Source of the DNA: Escherichia phage vB_EcoM_PTE-Eco05
DNA length: 64,000 nucleotides
Strand: one strand, 5' to 3'
Sequence record: PQ306573.1
The number at the start of each line of letters is the position of its first letter. The first letter of the stretch is position 1. Both the position numbers and the translations under genes were made by a program. Of the stretch, positions 37,077 to 47,100 are shown piece by piece. The notes below the pieces were generated by a model. It ran no database searches. It worked only from the letters and a program-made list of their open reading frames with translations, and was not told where the DNA came from.

Positions 37077-37268
37077 GCTCTAAAATGTGGATAGGAATAT
37101 GGTTGCTTAGTATCCCAATGATTTGTATAATATTTTCAATTGTGTTGAGGTACTTATGAAAAATGCACTTCTTATTGTACTAAGAACAATTTGTGATGCG
37201 TGGTTTTACATCGCATGTTCGTTCACTGGAACATGGTTGGCTTTAACATATTTTAATGTAATTTAATT

Positions 37269-37302
37269 GTTTACAACAAGGTAGGATTATGGTATAGTAG
37301 TC
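37269..37302 (+). promoter_or_regulatory. Early-type promoter (GTTTACA, spacer, TATAGTAGTCC) with palindrome GTAGGA/TCCTAC
   Basis: Seen directly. Confidence 0.5.
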
Positions 37303-37326
37303 CTACTGAAACATGAGGAACACAAA

Positions 37327-37527
37327 ATGGCTAAGCTTTTTAAAGATGTTGAAATTGGTGAAAAATTTGTTCTGAATAACGGTCAGCAGCTTATTCGTGT
37401 AGCTTCTATCGCCGGACAAACTCATAACTGTATCGCCCCAACGTGTTGGACTCGATTCTTTATTGAAGATGACACTGAATGTTTAACTGTTGAAGAGCTT
37501 TTTGAACGTTCTGATATAGCCGAATAA
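37327..37527 (+). CDS. Hypothetical small protein (66 aa)
   Basis: ATG after catgaggaacacaaa RBS. Confidence 0.5.
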   Translation: MAKLFKDVEIGEKFVLNNGQQLIRVASIAGQTHNCIAPTCWTRFFIEDDTECLTVEELFERSDIAE

Positions 37528-37529
37528 AA

Positions 37530-37560
37530 TTGTACAAACTCTTGAGAGCAGAGTATAATG
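37530..37560 (+). promoter_or_regulatory. Early-type promoter (TTGTACA, 18 bp, TATAAT) inside palindrome gagagc/gctctc
   Basis: Seen directly upstream of ORF 37606. Confidence 0.45.
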
Positions 37561-37605
37561 CTCTCATGGATTACAAAAAAACATTAATCAATTGAGGAAA
37601 TTAGC

Positions 37606-38052
37606 ATGTCCAAATATTTAACTCGTAAAGACCTTCTGGCAGTTGGCGGTGAAGTTGTTGCAGTAGTTCGTAATGGCGAATACGGTTCTGAAGTTTCTAA
37701 AGAGTTTCGTTCTCGTGAAGGTTTTTACTTCTTCGTTAAAGGTTCATCTGATTGGCGACAAGTAGCAGCACGATTCTTTGTAGGACGTCAACGTTCTAAA
37801 CAAGGGTTGGATGCAATTCTTTCTCACATTCGTCAAGGCCGTTCGCAACTAGCCCGTACCATGGGCACTAACAATATTGAATATGATGTAATCTTTGTTG
37901 CAGCTAAGAACATGAAACCACTGACCACTGGTTATGGTAAAGGTCAATTGGCTCTGGCATTCACTCGCAACCATACATCAGAATATCAAACACTCACTGA
38001 AATGAACCGTCTTCTGGCTGATAATTTCAAATTCATTCTGCAGAGTTACTAA
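37606..38052 (+). CDS. Ndd-like nucleoid disruption protein (tentative)
   Basis: 148 aa, basic; position between rIIB and gene 52 and size match T4 ndd; identity not verified. Confidence 0.45.
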   Translation: MSKYLTRKDLLAVGGEVVAVVRNGEYGSEVSKEFRSREGFYFFVKGSSDWRQVAARFFVGRQRSKQGLDAILSHIRQGRSQLARTMGTNNIEYDVIFVAAKNMKPLTTGYGKGQLALAFTRNHTSEYQTLTEMNRLLADNFKFILQSY

Positions 38053-38104
38053 TTTATACAGGCCTATTAAGTTAGGCCTTTAATTTATTTTTGAGGTAAT
38101 TAAA

Positions 38105-38251
38105 ATGGTATCATGGATTATTGCATTGTTGTGTTGGTCGTTTTTATTCGTTAACACTTTAGTTACAGGCGAAACAACGGTATTTCAACAGGCCGTATCA
38201 CAAGGCACCTTAGCGGTCTTAGCTCTTCTTAACGTGTTAAAAGGCGAGTAA
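38105..38251 (+). CDS. Small hydrophobic peptide (48 aa)
   Basis: MVSWIIALLCWSFLFVNTLV...; below ORF-track cutoff. Confidence 0.3.
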   Translation: MVSWIIALLCWSFLFVNTLVTGETTVFQQAVSQGTLAVLALLNVLKGE

Positions 38252-38391
38252 TGATTAAGAAAATCTTAGCAGGAGCCTTCGGGCTCTTGTTGTTGCTTAC
38301 GGTTCTGTACTACGGTGTGATGTTTGGACTAATCCAAGTAGTGCTTTTCATTTCAGATGTTATAATGGTTATTCGTTCATTAATATGGTGA
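38251..38391 (+). CDS. Small hydrophobic peptide (46 aa)
   Basis: MIKKILAGAFGLLLLLTVLYYGVMFGLIQVV...; start overlaps previous stop. Confidence 0.3.
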   Translation: MIKKILAGAFGLLLLLTVLYYGVMFGLIQVVLFISDVIMVIRSLIW

Positions 38392-38395
38392 AAAT

Positions 38396-39721
38396 ATGCA
38401 ATTGAATTCTCGTAATCTAAAAAGTATTATTGATAACGAAGCCTTAGCATATGCGATGTACACCGTTGAAAACCGTGCAATCCCAAACATGATTGATGGA
38501 TTTAAGCCGGTTCAACGTTTTGTGGTTCATCGTGCGTTAGATTTGGCTCGTGGTAATAAAGAAAAATTTCATAAACTTGCGTCAATTGCAGGAGGTGTTG
38601 CAGATTTAGGTTATCACCATGGTGAATCTTCTGCACAAGATGCAGGTGCATTGATGGCTAACACATGGAACAACAACTATCCACTGTTAGATGGCCAAGG
38701 CAACTTTGGTTCTAGAACAGTCCAAAAAGCTGCAGCATCTCGTTATATTTTTGCTCGTGTAAGTAAAAATTTCTATAACGTATATAAAGACACTGAATAT
38801 GCTCCAGCTCATGAAGATAAAGAACATATTCCACCAAAATTCTATCTTCCTATTATTCCGACAGTTCTTTTGAATGGTGTCTCTGGTATTGCAACCGGTT
38901 ACGCAACAAATATTCTGCCTCATAGTTTTAAATCAGTCAAAAAGGCTGTATTACAAGCTCTTCAAGGTAAAAATGTCACTAAGCCAAAAGTTGAATTCCC
39001 GGAATTCCGTGGTGAAGTACATGAAGTTGATGGGCGTTATGAGATTCACGGAACATATAAGTTCACGTCTCGCACTCAAATGCAGATAACTGAAATCCCA
39101 TATAAATTCGACCGTGAAACGTATGTGAGTAAGGTTCTTGACCCGTTGGAAGACAAAGGTCTAATCTCATGGGAAGATGATTGTGGTGAACACGGCTTTG
39201 GGTTTAAGGTGAAGTTCCGTAAAGAGTACTCGCTTCCTGATGATGAAGAGCTACGTCATGAAAAAATCATGAAAGATTTTAGTCTCATCGAACGTCGTTC
39301 ACAAAACATCACAGTGATTAATGAAAAGGGTAAATTAGCGGTCTACGATAACGTAGTGGACTTAATCAAAGATTTTGTTGAAGTCCGTAAGACTTACGTT
39401 CAGAAACGTATTGACAACAAAATCCTTGAATCTGAAAAAGCATTTAAACTGGCTTTTGCTAAGGCGCACTTCATCAAAAAAGTTATCAACGGTGAAATTG
39501 TGATTCAAGGCAAGACTCGTAAAGCTTTGACTGAAGAGCTAGCACAAATCGAAATGTATAAAGAACATGTCGATAAACTGGTAGGTCTTAACATCTTCCA
39601 TATCACTTCCGATGAAGCACGTAAATTAGCAGAAGAAGCTAAAGCTAAGAAAGAAGAAAATGAGTATTGGAAGTCTACTGATGTTGTGACAGAGTACACT
39701 AAAGACTTGGAGGCACTTTGA
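38396..39721 (+). CDS. 52: DNA topoisomerase II medium subunit gp52 (GyrA-like N-terminal domain)
   Basis: 441 aa; GyrA-type N-terminus (AYAMYTVENRAIPN..DGFKPVQR) and active-site region. Confidence 0.9.
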   Translation: MQLNSRNLKSIIDNEALAYAMYTVENRAIPNMIDGFKPVQRFVVHRALDLARGNKEKFHKLASIAGGVADLGYHHGESSAQDAGALMANTWNNNYPLLDGQGNFGSRTVQKAAASRYIFARVSKNFYNVYKDTEYAPAHEDKEHIPPKFYLPIIPTVLLNGVSGIATGYATNILPHSFKSVKKAVLQALQGKNVTKPKVEFPEFRGEVHEVDGRYEIHGTYKFTSRTQMQITEIPYKFDRETYVSKVLDPLEDKGLISWEDDCGEHGFGFKVKFRKEYSLPDDEELRHEKIMKDFSLIERRSQNITVINEKGKLAVYDNVVDLIKDFVEVRKTYVQKRIDNKILESEKAFKLAFAKAHFIKKVINGEIVIQGKTRKALTEELAQIEMYKEHVDKLVGLNIFHITSDEARKLAEEAKAKKEENEYWKSTDVVTEYTKDLEAL

Positions 39722-39797
39722 GTGCCCTAGCCTTAGGATTTCTCGGTGCAATAGCTGCACTAGTGATTTGGCTGTATTGGTTGGACAAACATGATTA

Positions 39798-39817
39798 GGG
39801 AGCTTCGGCTCCCTTTT
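39798..39817 (+). terminator. Rho-independent terminator (gggagc ttcg gctccc followed by ttttg)
   Basis: Seen directly after gene 52. Confidence 0.7.
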
Positions 39818-39841
39818 GTGCATTTTTTTCCTCACAAAACA

Positions 39842-39874
39842 GTTTACATGTGCTTCAAACATGATATTATAGAC
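39842..39874 (+). promoter_or_regulatory. Early-type promoter (GTTTACA, spacer, TATTATAGACC); contains a TGCTTCA MotA-box-like heptamer
   Basis: Seen directly upstream of motA. Confidence 0.5.
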
Positions 39875-39909
39875 CTATCAAAACAAAACAACCAAATTGG
39901 AGAAATAAA

Positions 39910-40542
39910 ATGTCTAAAGTTACTTACATCATCAAAGCTTCTGAAAACGCTCTGAATGAAAAAACTGCTGCAATAATGGTTTATATCATTAAGAACAACT
40001 TCACCACTGCTGCCAATGTCCGTGAAGCTCTGGAAGCGGAATACAACGCATCGGTTGTTAACTCTAACATTGGTGTATTGATTAAGAAAGGTTTAGTCGA
40101 AAAATCCGGTGATGGACTTGTAGCAACAGGCGAAGCAATGGATATTATCCAAAAAGCTGCAGACCTCTTTGCCCAAGAAAATGCTCCAGAACTTCTTCAG
40201 AAACGTAACACTAGAAAAGCACGTGGAGTTACTCCTGAAATGCATGAATTAGCAAACTTTGTTTTTGAAAATATTAAAGATAAAGTTGAAGTTAAAGAAA
40301 TTGGTGAAAACCGTAGTAACTTGGAAGTTCGATTTGCAAAACGAGTTCTAGGTATTCGTCAGATCGAAATTCGTCGAGATGGTTCTCTTAGAATCTTTGC
40401 ATACAACATGTCAGAAACTGAATCAAAGCTGTTTACTTCTCTTGAAAATGATGTTAAGATTAAGATCGGTGGTAAATATACTTACATTGACTTCCCTAAT
40501 GTGTCCAAAGAAATCATTACCCTTGTAACTAATGTACTGTGA
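39910..40542 (+). CDS. motA: Middle-transcription activator MotA
   Basis: 210 aa; size and position next to gene 52 and asiA. Confidence 0.75.
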   Translation: MSKVTYIIKASENALNEKTAAIMVYIIKNNFTTAANVREALEAEYNASVVNSNIGVLIKKGLVEKSGDGLVATGEAMDIIQKAADLFAQENAPELLQKRNTRKARGVTPEMHELANFVFENIKDKVEVKEIGENRSNLEVRFAKRVLGIRQIEIRRDGSLRIFAYNMSETESKLFTSLENDVKIKIGGKYTYIDFPNVSKEIITLVTNVL

Positions 40543-40552
40543 GGAATACATA

Positions 40553-40882
40553 ATGAATAAGCTGAATATTATTAACGAACTTCGTAAATGTGCAGAACCT
40601 ACTCAGGAAGGATGGGATATTTGGTACCACGGGGCTTATTTAGGGACAATTGTAAAGATTAAAGCAGGCCAATATACGGTTATTCGTGAAAATAATGACG
40701 CACCATTTGGCCTTCGTAAAAACTACATGGCAGCGATCAGTTCATTTGTTGATGCAGCTTACGAAATCTATAAAGAAGATTATAAAGAATATCAGCAGTC
40801 ACAACCGGTTATTCGTTCGATTGGTGTAAATAAACAAGCACAAAAATCTATTTGGCAACGTATTAAAGGATGGTTTAAATGA
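40553..40882 (+). CDS. Hypothetical protein (109 aa)
   Basis: Track ORF 40532..40882 trimmed to ATG after gaggaatacata. Confidence 0.5.
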   Translation: MNKLNIINELRKCAEPTQEGWDIWYHGAYLGTIVKIKAGQYTVIRENNDAPFGLRKNYMAAISSFVDAAYEIYKEDYKEYQQSQPVIRSIGVNKQAQKSIWQRIKGWFK

Positions 40883-41340
40883 AAACTTTTAAAGAACGTT
40901 TAGCTCTGTTAGATAAAGCTTTGTCGCGTGAGACTCCGGAAAGTCTGGCTGCTAAATTAGCTTCTTACGGCGGCGAATATACAGAACAAAATGTTTTAGA
41001 TGAAGTTCCTGAAATCTGTTGGCAGACTCTGTATTGGGATGAAAACCAAAAGTATCAACGTCGAATTGTCTGTGCAGCCAACCGTTTTAAATTAAAAGAT
41101 GGACGAACTCTTATTATTCCAGGTGCTCGTCATTATTCTAAAGATATGGCAGAAGTTTTAGATGTAGTTAAACCTCAATTAGTTACTCAACAAGTTTGTG
41201 GTGACGACCAAGGCTTTATCGACCAATATAGTAATTATTGGACACGTGAAGAAGCAATGATTATTGCAACTTACGCTGGACAAGTACGTATTGAACGTGG
41301 TGGTAATGAAAAAGAACTTTACTCTGAGGACCTTTACTAA
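40879..41340 (+). CDS. Hypothetical protein (153 aa)
   Basis: ATGA overlap with upstream gene. Confidence 0.5.
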   Translation: MKTFKERLALLDKALSRETPESLAAKLASYGGEYTEQNVLDEVPEICWQTLYWDENQKYQRRIVCAANRFKLKDGRTLIIPGARHYSKDMAEVLDVVKPQLVTQQVCGDDQGFIDQYSNYWTREEAMIIATYAGQVRIERGGNEKELYSEDLY

Positions 41341-41621
41341 TGAATCTTAAACAACTCCAGATTGATGCTATTGAAGCCCACATTAATCATATCAAACGCC
41401 TGAATGCTATGATGGAAGAAAATTATGGTATGTATGCTAATCAGCCTGGTTGGGATGCTTTAGACCATCCTTATTTGGTTAATTTATGTAAAGGTGATAC
41501 GTTAGCAATTATTCGTGATGGGTTAAAACCTTTCTTGCGCGACATGTATATTAAAATGAACGAAGAAATTATTAGCTCGTTGCAATATCAATTAAGGAAA
41601 TTAGATGATGAGAATAATTGA
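41340..41621 (+). CDS. Hypothetical protein (93 aa)
   Basis: TAATG overlap with upstream gene. Confidence 0.5.
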   Translation: MNLKQLQIDAIEAHINHIKRLNAMMEENYGMYANQPGWDALDHPYLVNLCKGDTLAIIRDGLKPFLRDMYIKMNEEIISSLQYQLRKLDDENN

Positions 41622-41823
41622 TTCTAAAGCAGATTATTTTAATTCTGTTAATGATAAGAATAAAGCTTTAATTCGCCACTTTATTACTGAGATGGGATAT
41701 ACCGACTCTAAAGATTTGAAAGAGCACATTATCGAATGTTCTGTGGCTAAAAAGTTTTCTTTCACAGACAAATGTTTAAACGAGGTTATAAATCATTATG
41801 AACAATCTTGTAGCAAAACATGA
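41605..41823 (+). CDS. Hypothetical small protein (72 aa)
   Basis: Overlapping start within the upstream gene end. Confidence 0.4.
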   Translation: MMRIIDSKADYFNSVNDKNKALIRHFITEMGYTDSKDLKEHIIECSVAKKFSFTDKCLNEVINHYEQSCSKT

Positions 41824-41906
41824 TTTCAATAAGGCTTCTGTTCATAAGGACAAGAAGAAATCGGAACTTCAATCTAAACGCAAACAAAAACATAAGGGTA
41901 AAGACT

Positions 41907-42194
41907 ATGCTTACTAAAATCAAAGAAAATCCTGCCACTGAACTTGTTATTCGATGTGAAGAACTTGCAGAGCTTTATCAGGTTAACCGAGAAGTGTATC
42001 GTAGTGTTGTTGTAGATATGGCAGACGAAGTATGTTCTCGTATTCCTTTTAGTGTCGATTTCAATCACATGAAGCCTGGTGAAATCACTATCGTCTTTGG
42101 TTCTGACTATACTGAAGAACGGGCTCTTAATGTCCTAGAATATGAAATGTCATTCTTTGACATACAGGACTACATTGATAGTTATAAGGAATGA
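41907..42194 (+). CDS. Hypothetical protein (about 95 aa); start uncertain
   Basis: Track ORF 41820..42194 has an odd basic N-terminal extension; ATG at 41907 follows aagggtaaagact. Confidence 0.4.
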   Translation: MLTKIKENPATELVIRCEELAELYQVNREVYRSVVVDMADEVCSRIPFSVDFNHMKPGEITIVFGSDYTEERALNVLEYEMSFFDIQDYIDSYKE

Positions 42195-42195
42195 T

Positions 42196-42357
42196 ATGAG
42201 CCATAATCTTCAGAACGTAGTAGAGGCAGAACGTGAGCGTGAGGCTTTAGTCTATAATGAACTATTAGCCACGTTCTTGGCCTTACACTCGTATGAACAG
42301 GAAGACTACACTGATTACGTTAAAAGTGTAGAAAAAGCTGTTTACAATCAACACTGA
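42196..42357 (+). CDS. Hypothetical small protein (53 aa)
   Basis: Track ORF 42142..42357 trimmed to ATG after ataagga. Confidence 0.35.
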   Translation: MSHNLQNVVEAEREREALVYNELLATFLALHSYEQEDYTDYVKSVEKAVYNQH

Positions 42358-42372
42358 TAATGGTACTATACT
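42340..42372 (+). promoter_or_regulatory. Early-type promoter (GTTTACA, spacer, TACTATAC) upstream of asiA
   Basis: Seen directly. Confidence 0.5.
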
Positions 42373-42403
42373 CATATCAACTAAATGGAATGAATAAAAC
42401 GTT

Positions 42404-42676
42404 ATGAATAAAGATATTGAAATTGTACGTGAAATTATTACGGTTGCTTCTATTTTGATTAAATTCTCGAGGGAAGATATTGTTGAAGACCGAGCAAATT
42501 TCATCGGATTCTTGAATGAGATTGGAATTAAAAAAGATGGTCGGCAGCTAAATCAGAATTCGTTCAGAAAACTAATTACAAATTTAACCGCCGAAGAAAA
42601 GAAAACACTGATTAGTGAATTCAATGAAGGTTTTGAAAATATTTATCGCCATTTGACGATGTATTCTAACAACTAA
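42404..42676 (+). CDS. asiA: Anti-sigma-70 factor AsiA
   Basis: 90 aa; size and sequence resemble T4 AsiA as I recall it; adjacent to holin t in opposite orientation as in T4. Confidence 0.8.
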   Translation: MNKDIEIVREIITVASILIKFSREDIVEDRANFIGFLNEIGIKKDGRQLNQNSFRKLITNLTAEEKKTLISEFNEGFENIYRHLTMYSNN

Positions 42677-43336
42677 TTATTTAGCCCGCCCTAATATCCT
42701 TGCTGCTTGGTTGCATATTGCAGCCAAGCGTTCTTCATTTAACACATCCGACCCCTTATACCAATACATAGAAACAGTTCCAGCATATATGTTATCCAAA
42801 TTGAAGTAAGGACAACTATACATATACGCCAGTTCCGGAGTTTTTGATTTGGTAGGTAAGAAAGCAAAATCTGTTTTAGAAGTAAAGTGAAGTCCACTTA
42901 AATGGACCGAATATTCTGCTGTCGTTTTATCAACAGGAAATCCTCCCATAGATTTTTCAGTTACTGTGCTAGGTAACTTACCTTCATACGCAATAAGGTC
43001 GACGAAATAATTTAGATTTTTAGGTCTGAAAGAATACACCGAACTAAAATCCGCCCTTGATGTGACGTGGACTATTTGTAGTTGTTCTAAAGCCGCAGAT
43101 TCAAATCGTGTATTTCTTTCTTTTTGAATTACTTCTGTGTAAGTATCATATTTCGACCTCACGTAATAATCCATAAAAATATTCCCTTTGTACCATATTA
43201 GTGCCATTAGGAACAAAAGAACTACAACAGCAACTCTTGAAATAAGAATATTTCCGGAGGCGTTATCTTTGAAAATGCGGTCTAGCAACCCAAATAAAAT
43301 ATCACTAGGCGAAAATGATACTTTTGGTGCTGCCAT
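42677..43336 (-). CDS. t: Holin T (class III holin, lysis-inhibition sensor)
   Basis: Track ORF 42677..43348; second ATG (MAAPKVSFSP...) chosen because the first ATG lies inside the gggagg RBS; single N-terminal TM helix. Confidence 0.85.
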   Translation of the reverse strand: MAAPKVSFSPSDILFGLLDRIFKDNASGNILISRVAVVVLLFLMALIWYKGNIFMDYYVRSKYDTYTEVIQKERNTRFESAALEQLQIVHVTSRADFSSVYSFRPKNLNYFVDLIAYEGKLPSTVTEKSMGGFPVDKTTAEYSVHLSGLHFTSKTDFAFLPTKSKTPELAYMYSCPYFNLDNIYAGTVSMYWYKGSDVLNEERLAAICNQAARILGRAK

Positions 43337-43355
43337 ATTACCTCCCATTTATCAA

Positions 43356-43363
43356 TATTTATA
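43356..43363 (-). promoter_or_regulatory. Late promoter TATAAATA for holin t (minus strand)
   Basis: Plus-strand tatttata is the reverse complement of TATAAATA, about 20 nt upstream of the t start. Confidence 0.5.
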
Positions 43364-43381
43364 ATTGAGAGGTATTATCGT

Positions 43382-44155
43382 TTAAATCCAGGAGCCGTAG
43401 ATTGTGCCTGTAGCACCCCATGACGGTGAACTTCCGAATACTGCTCTGCCAGGAGAACCACCGCCGGATCTAGATAAGTGTTTACCCCATCCATCTCCGC
43501 CCCGACCTCCAGCATCACCGCCATTGCCTCCGCCGTATTGGGAAGTGTAACCGGCACTGCCCGGGGCGTCATAACTAGCATTACCGCCAGGCCAATTAAC
43601 GCCACCGCCGCCGAGGCCAAATGGTCTGCCGCCACCGCCACCTGCTGTAGCATTTGGCGCCCAGCTATTCTGTAATGACACTGCACCACCACCACCACCA
43701 CCTGATGCAATAACGCCATAGTTCCAAATACGAAGTCTTCCGCCGATATCATTTTGGATTACATCGCCACCATTTGTGCCTGGGTTTCCGTTTACAGTAC
43801 CGTTACCACCTCGTCCCCACATATGAACTCCACCATGAATATTCAAAGTAACATATTCATTTGGCGTATCGCCATACATAAAGAATAATGGAACATCTTT
43901 ACTATATGATACTAAATTTCCAGTGATATTAAACACTATAGGTGCACTACCTGCCTCAAAACATCTATCTCGGAACCATTGACCATTGAAGTTATGGTCT
44001 GCTCCAAGTGTGTGAATTACTTCAACAGATCGACCTATCATATTACTCATCCAAAACGGAATTCCCATTCTCAATCTCTGTGCGGCACCACCCATCCAAT
44101 TTTGTCCTGTATTAACTACTGCAGACGATCCTACCCACGGTCCTGTTACTGCCAT
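43382..44155 (-). CDS. 38: Tail-fibre adhesin gp38, T2-type (glycine-rich, tip-bound receptor-recognition protein)
   Basis: 257 aa from ATG after ggagg RBS (track ORF begins at a TTG at 44167); conserved N-terminus plus poly-Gly blocks (GGGGGG, GGGGG) separating short variable segments. Confidence 0.8.
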   Translation of the reverse strand: MAVTGPWVGSSAVVNTGQNWMGGAAQRLRMGIPFWMSNMIGRSVEVIHTLGADHNFNGQWFRDRCFEAGSAPIVFNITGNLVSYSKDVPLFFMYGDTPNEYVTLNIHGGVHMWGRGGNGTVNGNPGTNGGDVIQNDIGGRLRIWNYGVIASGGGGGGAVSLQNSWAPNATAGGGGGRPFGLGGGGVNWPGGNASYDAPGSAGYTSQYGGGNGGDAGGRGGDGWGKHLSRSGGGSPGRAVFGSSPSWGATGTIYGSWI

Positions 44156-44185
44156 ATAAACCTCCAAGGGCCGAAGCCCCTCTTA

Positions 44186-47100
44186 TTATTTTAACAATGA
44201 TTTAACTAATGCTTTAAGTTCTTCAATTTCTGATTTAAGTTCCGCAATTTCTGTAGTATGTTCATTTATTGCAGCTGTATTTAAACCAATTACACCGTTA
44301 TAGTTCAAACGAAGTAAAGCTTCGCCATCGGGGTCACCTTCAACTAATTCTGGTAAAATAGCTTGAACTTCTTGGGCTATCAAACCGGCGTTAGGTTCCC
44401 ATTTCTGATTGCCTTCTTCGTCCGTTCCACGTTTCTGCATATAAGTGTAACCGTTAATTTTAGAAAGCTTCTCAGAAGCATTTTCAAATTTAACAAGGTC
44501 TTTTTTAACACGAATATCAGAACGGACATAAACATCACGGACAAACGTTGAATAACTATCATTTGCCTGAACGAGATGCCCATGAGAAACGATAGCTCTT
44601 CCAACTTCTGTCCAAAAAGCACCGGTTGAATCCCAAAGCCCAGGATGAGATTGATAGCCTGCTCCCCAGTTTGCAATATGTATACCATTGGCAACCATAT
44701 TGATTCGGCCGTCACCACCATGAACTAATCCGGTGTCATTATCACCAATAACAACACATGCGCCTGTCCATGCAGGGTCACCTCCACCAGCTGATATTCT
44801 TACTCCAGCTTTAACCATGTCAGGAACGTACATGTTTCCATTATGGTGGAATTCGAAGATAGCTTGTGGGTCGGAACCGTTTTCCTGATTACCTACACGA
44901 ATAATACCTTGTGCCCAGTTATTAGGAATGCGTCGCATACCAAAATCAACACCAGATACGTATCCATCATTCGTAATAACAGATTTTCCTTTGATAATTG
45001 GATAATAACTATCATTACCGACGTAGCCAAAATCCACAAATACGGGAGCTTCCTGGCGCCATTGATTTCCCCAATCGCCGGCCTGGTGTGCGGTCCAGAC
45101 CGACCCATTTATATAAATTCGGTCCCTATTAAAATTAAAAGTGGCAGTCCCTTCCGGGTTTAAAGCAATATCACCACCATTATTAACATATATGCCTGAT
45201 CTATTTTGGAAACTATAAAACGATATGGCATTATCAGCACCACCATTACCTACATACCAGTTATCAACGCCTGCTTTTTGTCCTTTCAAATAGCCAGATT
45301 CGGTTGCCGTGCTATTAATAACGATGGCATCAGAGTTTGCATTAAGAGTTAAGCGACCTGTCATCGTGTCGCCTTCTTTAGAAACACGGGTAGCTATTGC
45401 ATCGCGAATATTTGTAGTGTCTCCTGCTGAAGTAAACGATTTCCAAATATCCGAGAAAATATTACCATTACGAGCAATAGTAGCTTCACCGCCGCCGACC
45501 TGAACGTTATCTGGGAAGTTAACAGTACCGTCTTGATTAAAACGAGACGTATGGCCTTGTGAACCATCTTCTTTCAGATGATGAATAACGAATGTACCCG
45601 AACTAATTTCAGTACCTAAAGACCAAACAGCTTTACCATTTAAAAACTTCTGTTTAACAATAGGATAATATTTGCTTACAGCATCATCATCAATTTCCTG
45701 GAAAATAGGAGCCGCTTGAGCATATTGAATATCATAACCACCAGCGCCTGCGCCATGACCAGTAAATTTAATATAGCCGTTTGCTGCGAACGTATTGTAA
45801 CTTGATTGTAAATCTGGAATAGTAACTTTACCAGTATCTAAAGCCATACTAAACGGGCGAAGTGGACCGATATCACCATTTTTGCCTTCACCATAAGCAG
45901 TCGGAATAATATGAAGACTACCTTCTGAACGTCTAAAAATGGCTCCATAATCTGCGTTCCAAATACGAAGCGCATTCACTGCTCCAGATGAAATTTCGCC
46001 TGTTGTGTGAACTCCTCTATTTCCAGCAGTAACACCAGATGATTCAAATGAACCGTTAACGTTCATTTCTACTTCACCTGTTGTAAGTCTTTGAATATAG
46101 CTCATCCAACTAGTTGCATCAGAAATTTCCATGACGTTTTTACGATTACCTACACTAGGATTAGTAAACGTATTGCCCCACACAGAAATTGTCATATTAT
46201 CAACTGAACTAGCTCCGGTCGTGTTACCTCTAAACATCAGTGTAGAAGCATTATTTCTACCATCGATATTAACAGAACCACCAATAACGTCAATATTACC
46301 AGGAGTAACTAACAAACCGCCGTGAGTATTAATGTTTGTGGTACCCTTGCCGCGGAAATAATGATGATAGTTACCGCCTTGATAATATCCTAAAAGAGTC
46401 TGACCATCTCCAAACGCGTTATTATCGTGATATGTCACGACAGTAGCGAGAGCATAGTTTTCAGTTGGAGGAGTAGTTAAATCGGTTCCGTTAGTAGAAT
46501 ATCCAGCTACAAATTTTCTTAGGCTAGTTGTTTCGCTGGGACTAAATAAAAATGTTTTCGTTCCATTATTAACGCTAAAATAATATCCATCTTGATGCCA
46601 TTTAAATCCAGTATCATTATCGCCAAGAGAAATTGAAGCAGTCCCTAATTCAGAGTATCCTTTATTGCCACCAGGAGTACCAACAGAAATAGAATGGCCT
46701 GCTTTCAATCCACCTGACCAGGTAAACGACCAAAGATAAGTGTCTAAGCCATCTCCAGTATACCAAGTTATTCCATCATTATCTTTAACTTCATGGAATA
46801 CACCAGCGCCTACAGCATTGCGCATAACACGGAGATGATTAATAGCAGTAGTGCTTTCAGACAATGGAACGTTGTCTGCCATAGAATAAATGTCATAATC
46901 GCTCGTAGATTTATTATTAGTAATAACTCTATTTGTCAAAATCTGAGGAGTTGACATAGATTTCCATGCTGATACTTCAGGTGAAGTAAATAGTCCACTG
47001 CCCGAAAATGCATAGGTGCTTTCATCACCAGCGGCGTAGTCTTTAACGCGGATATTAACTACTTGCGTAGTTAATCCATCATTAGCCGGTGCATAAATAA

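Noticed and set aside
39842-39874. TGCTTCA heptamer upstream of motA as a MotA-dependent middle promoter
   Set aside because: The heptamer lies directly after a GTTTACA -35 element with standard early-promoter spacing to the -10; it is more simply part of an early promoter spacer, though dual use cannot be excluded.
41824-41906. Lys-rich open frame without a start codon upstream of ORF 41907
   Set aside because: No ATG/GTG/TTG with an RBS in that frame; probably non-coding spacer or a start-codon ambiguity of the adjacent gene, not a frameshift site.
43337-43348. First ATG of the holin ORF (43348), the TTG start of track ORF 44167 (gp38) and the upstream start of track ORF 48213 (gp36)
   Set aside because: In each case the upstream start lies within or upstream of the Shine-Dalgarno sequence, and the second ATG gives the N-terminus expected for the family (MAAPKVSF, MAVTGPW, MADLKAGS).
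43375-43752. Alternate-frame ORFs (43375..43752 minus, 43478..43675 plus) and apparent simple repeats in the glycine-rich part of gene 38
   Set aside because: They arise from the GGN-rich coding repeats of the gp38 poly-Gly linkers; the gp38 frame has a conserved N-terminus and RBS. This is not a CRISPR array or non-coding repeat.
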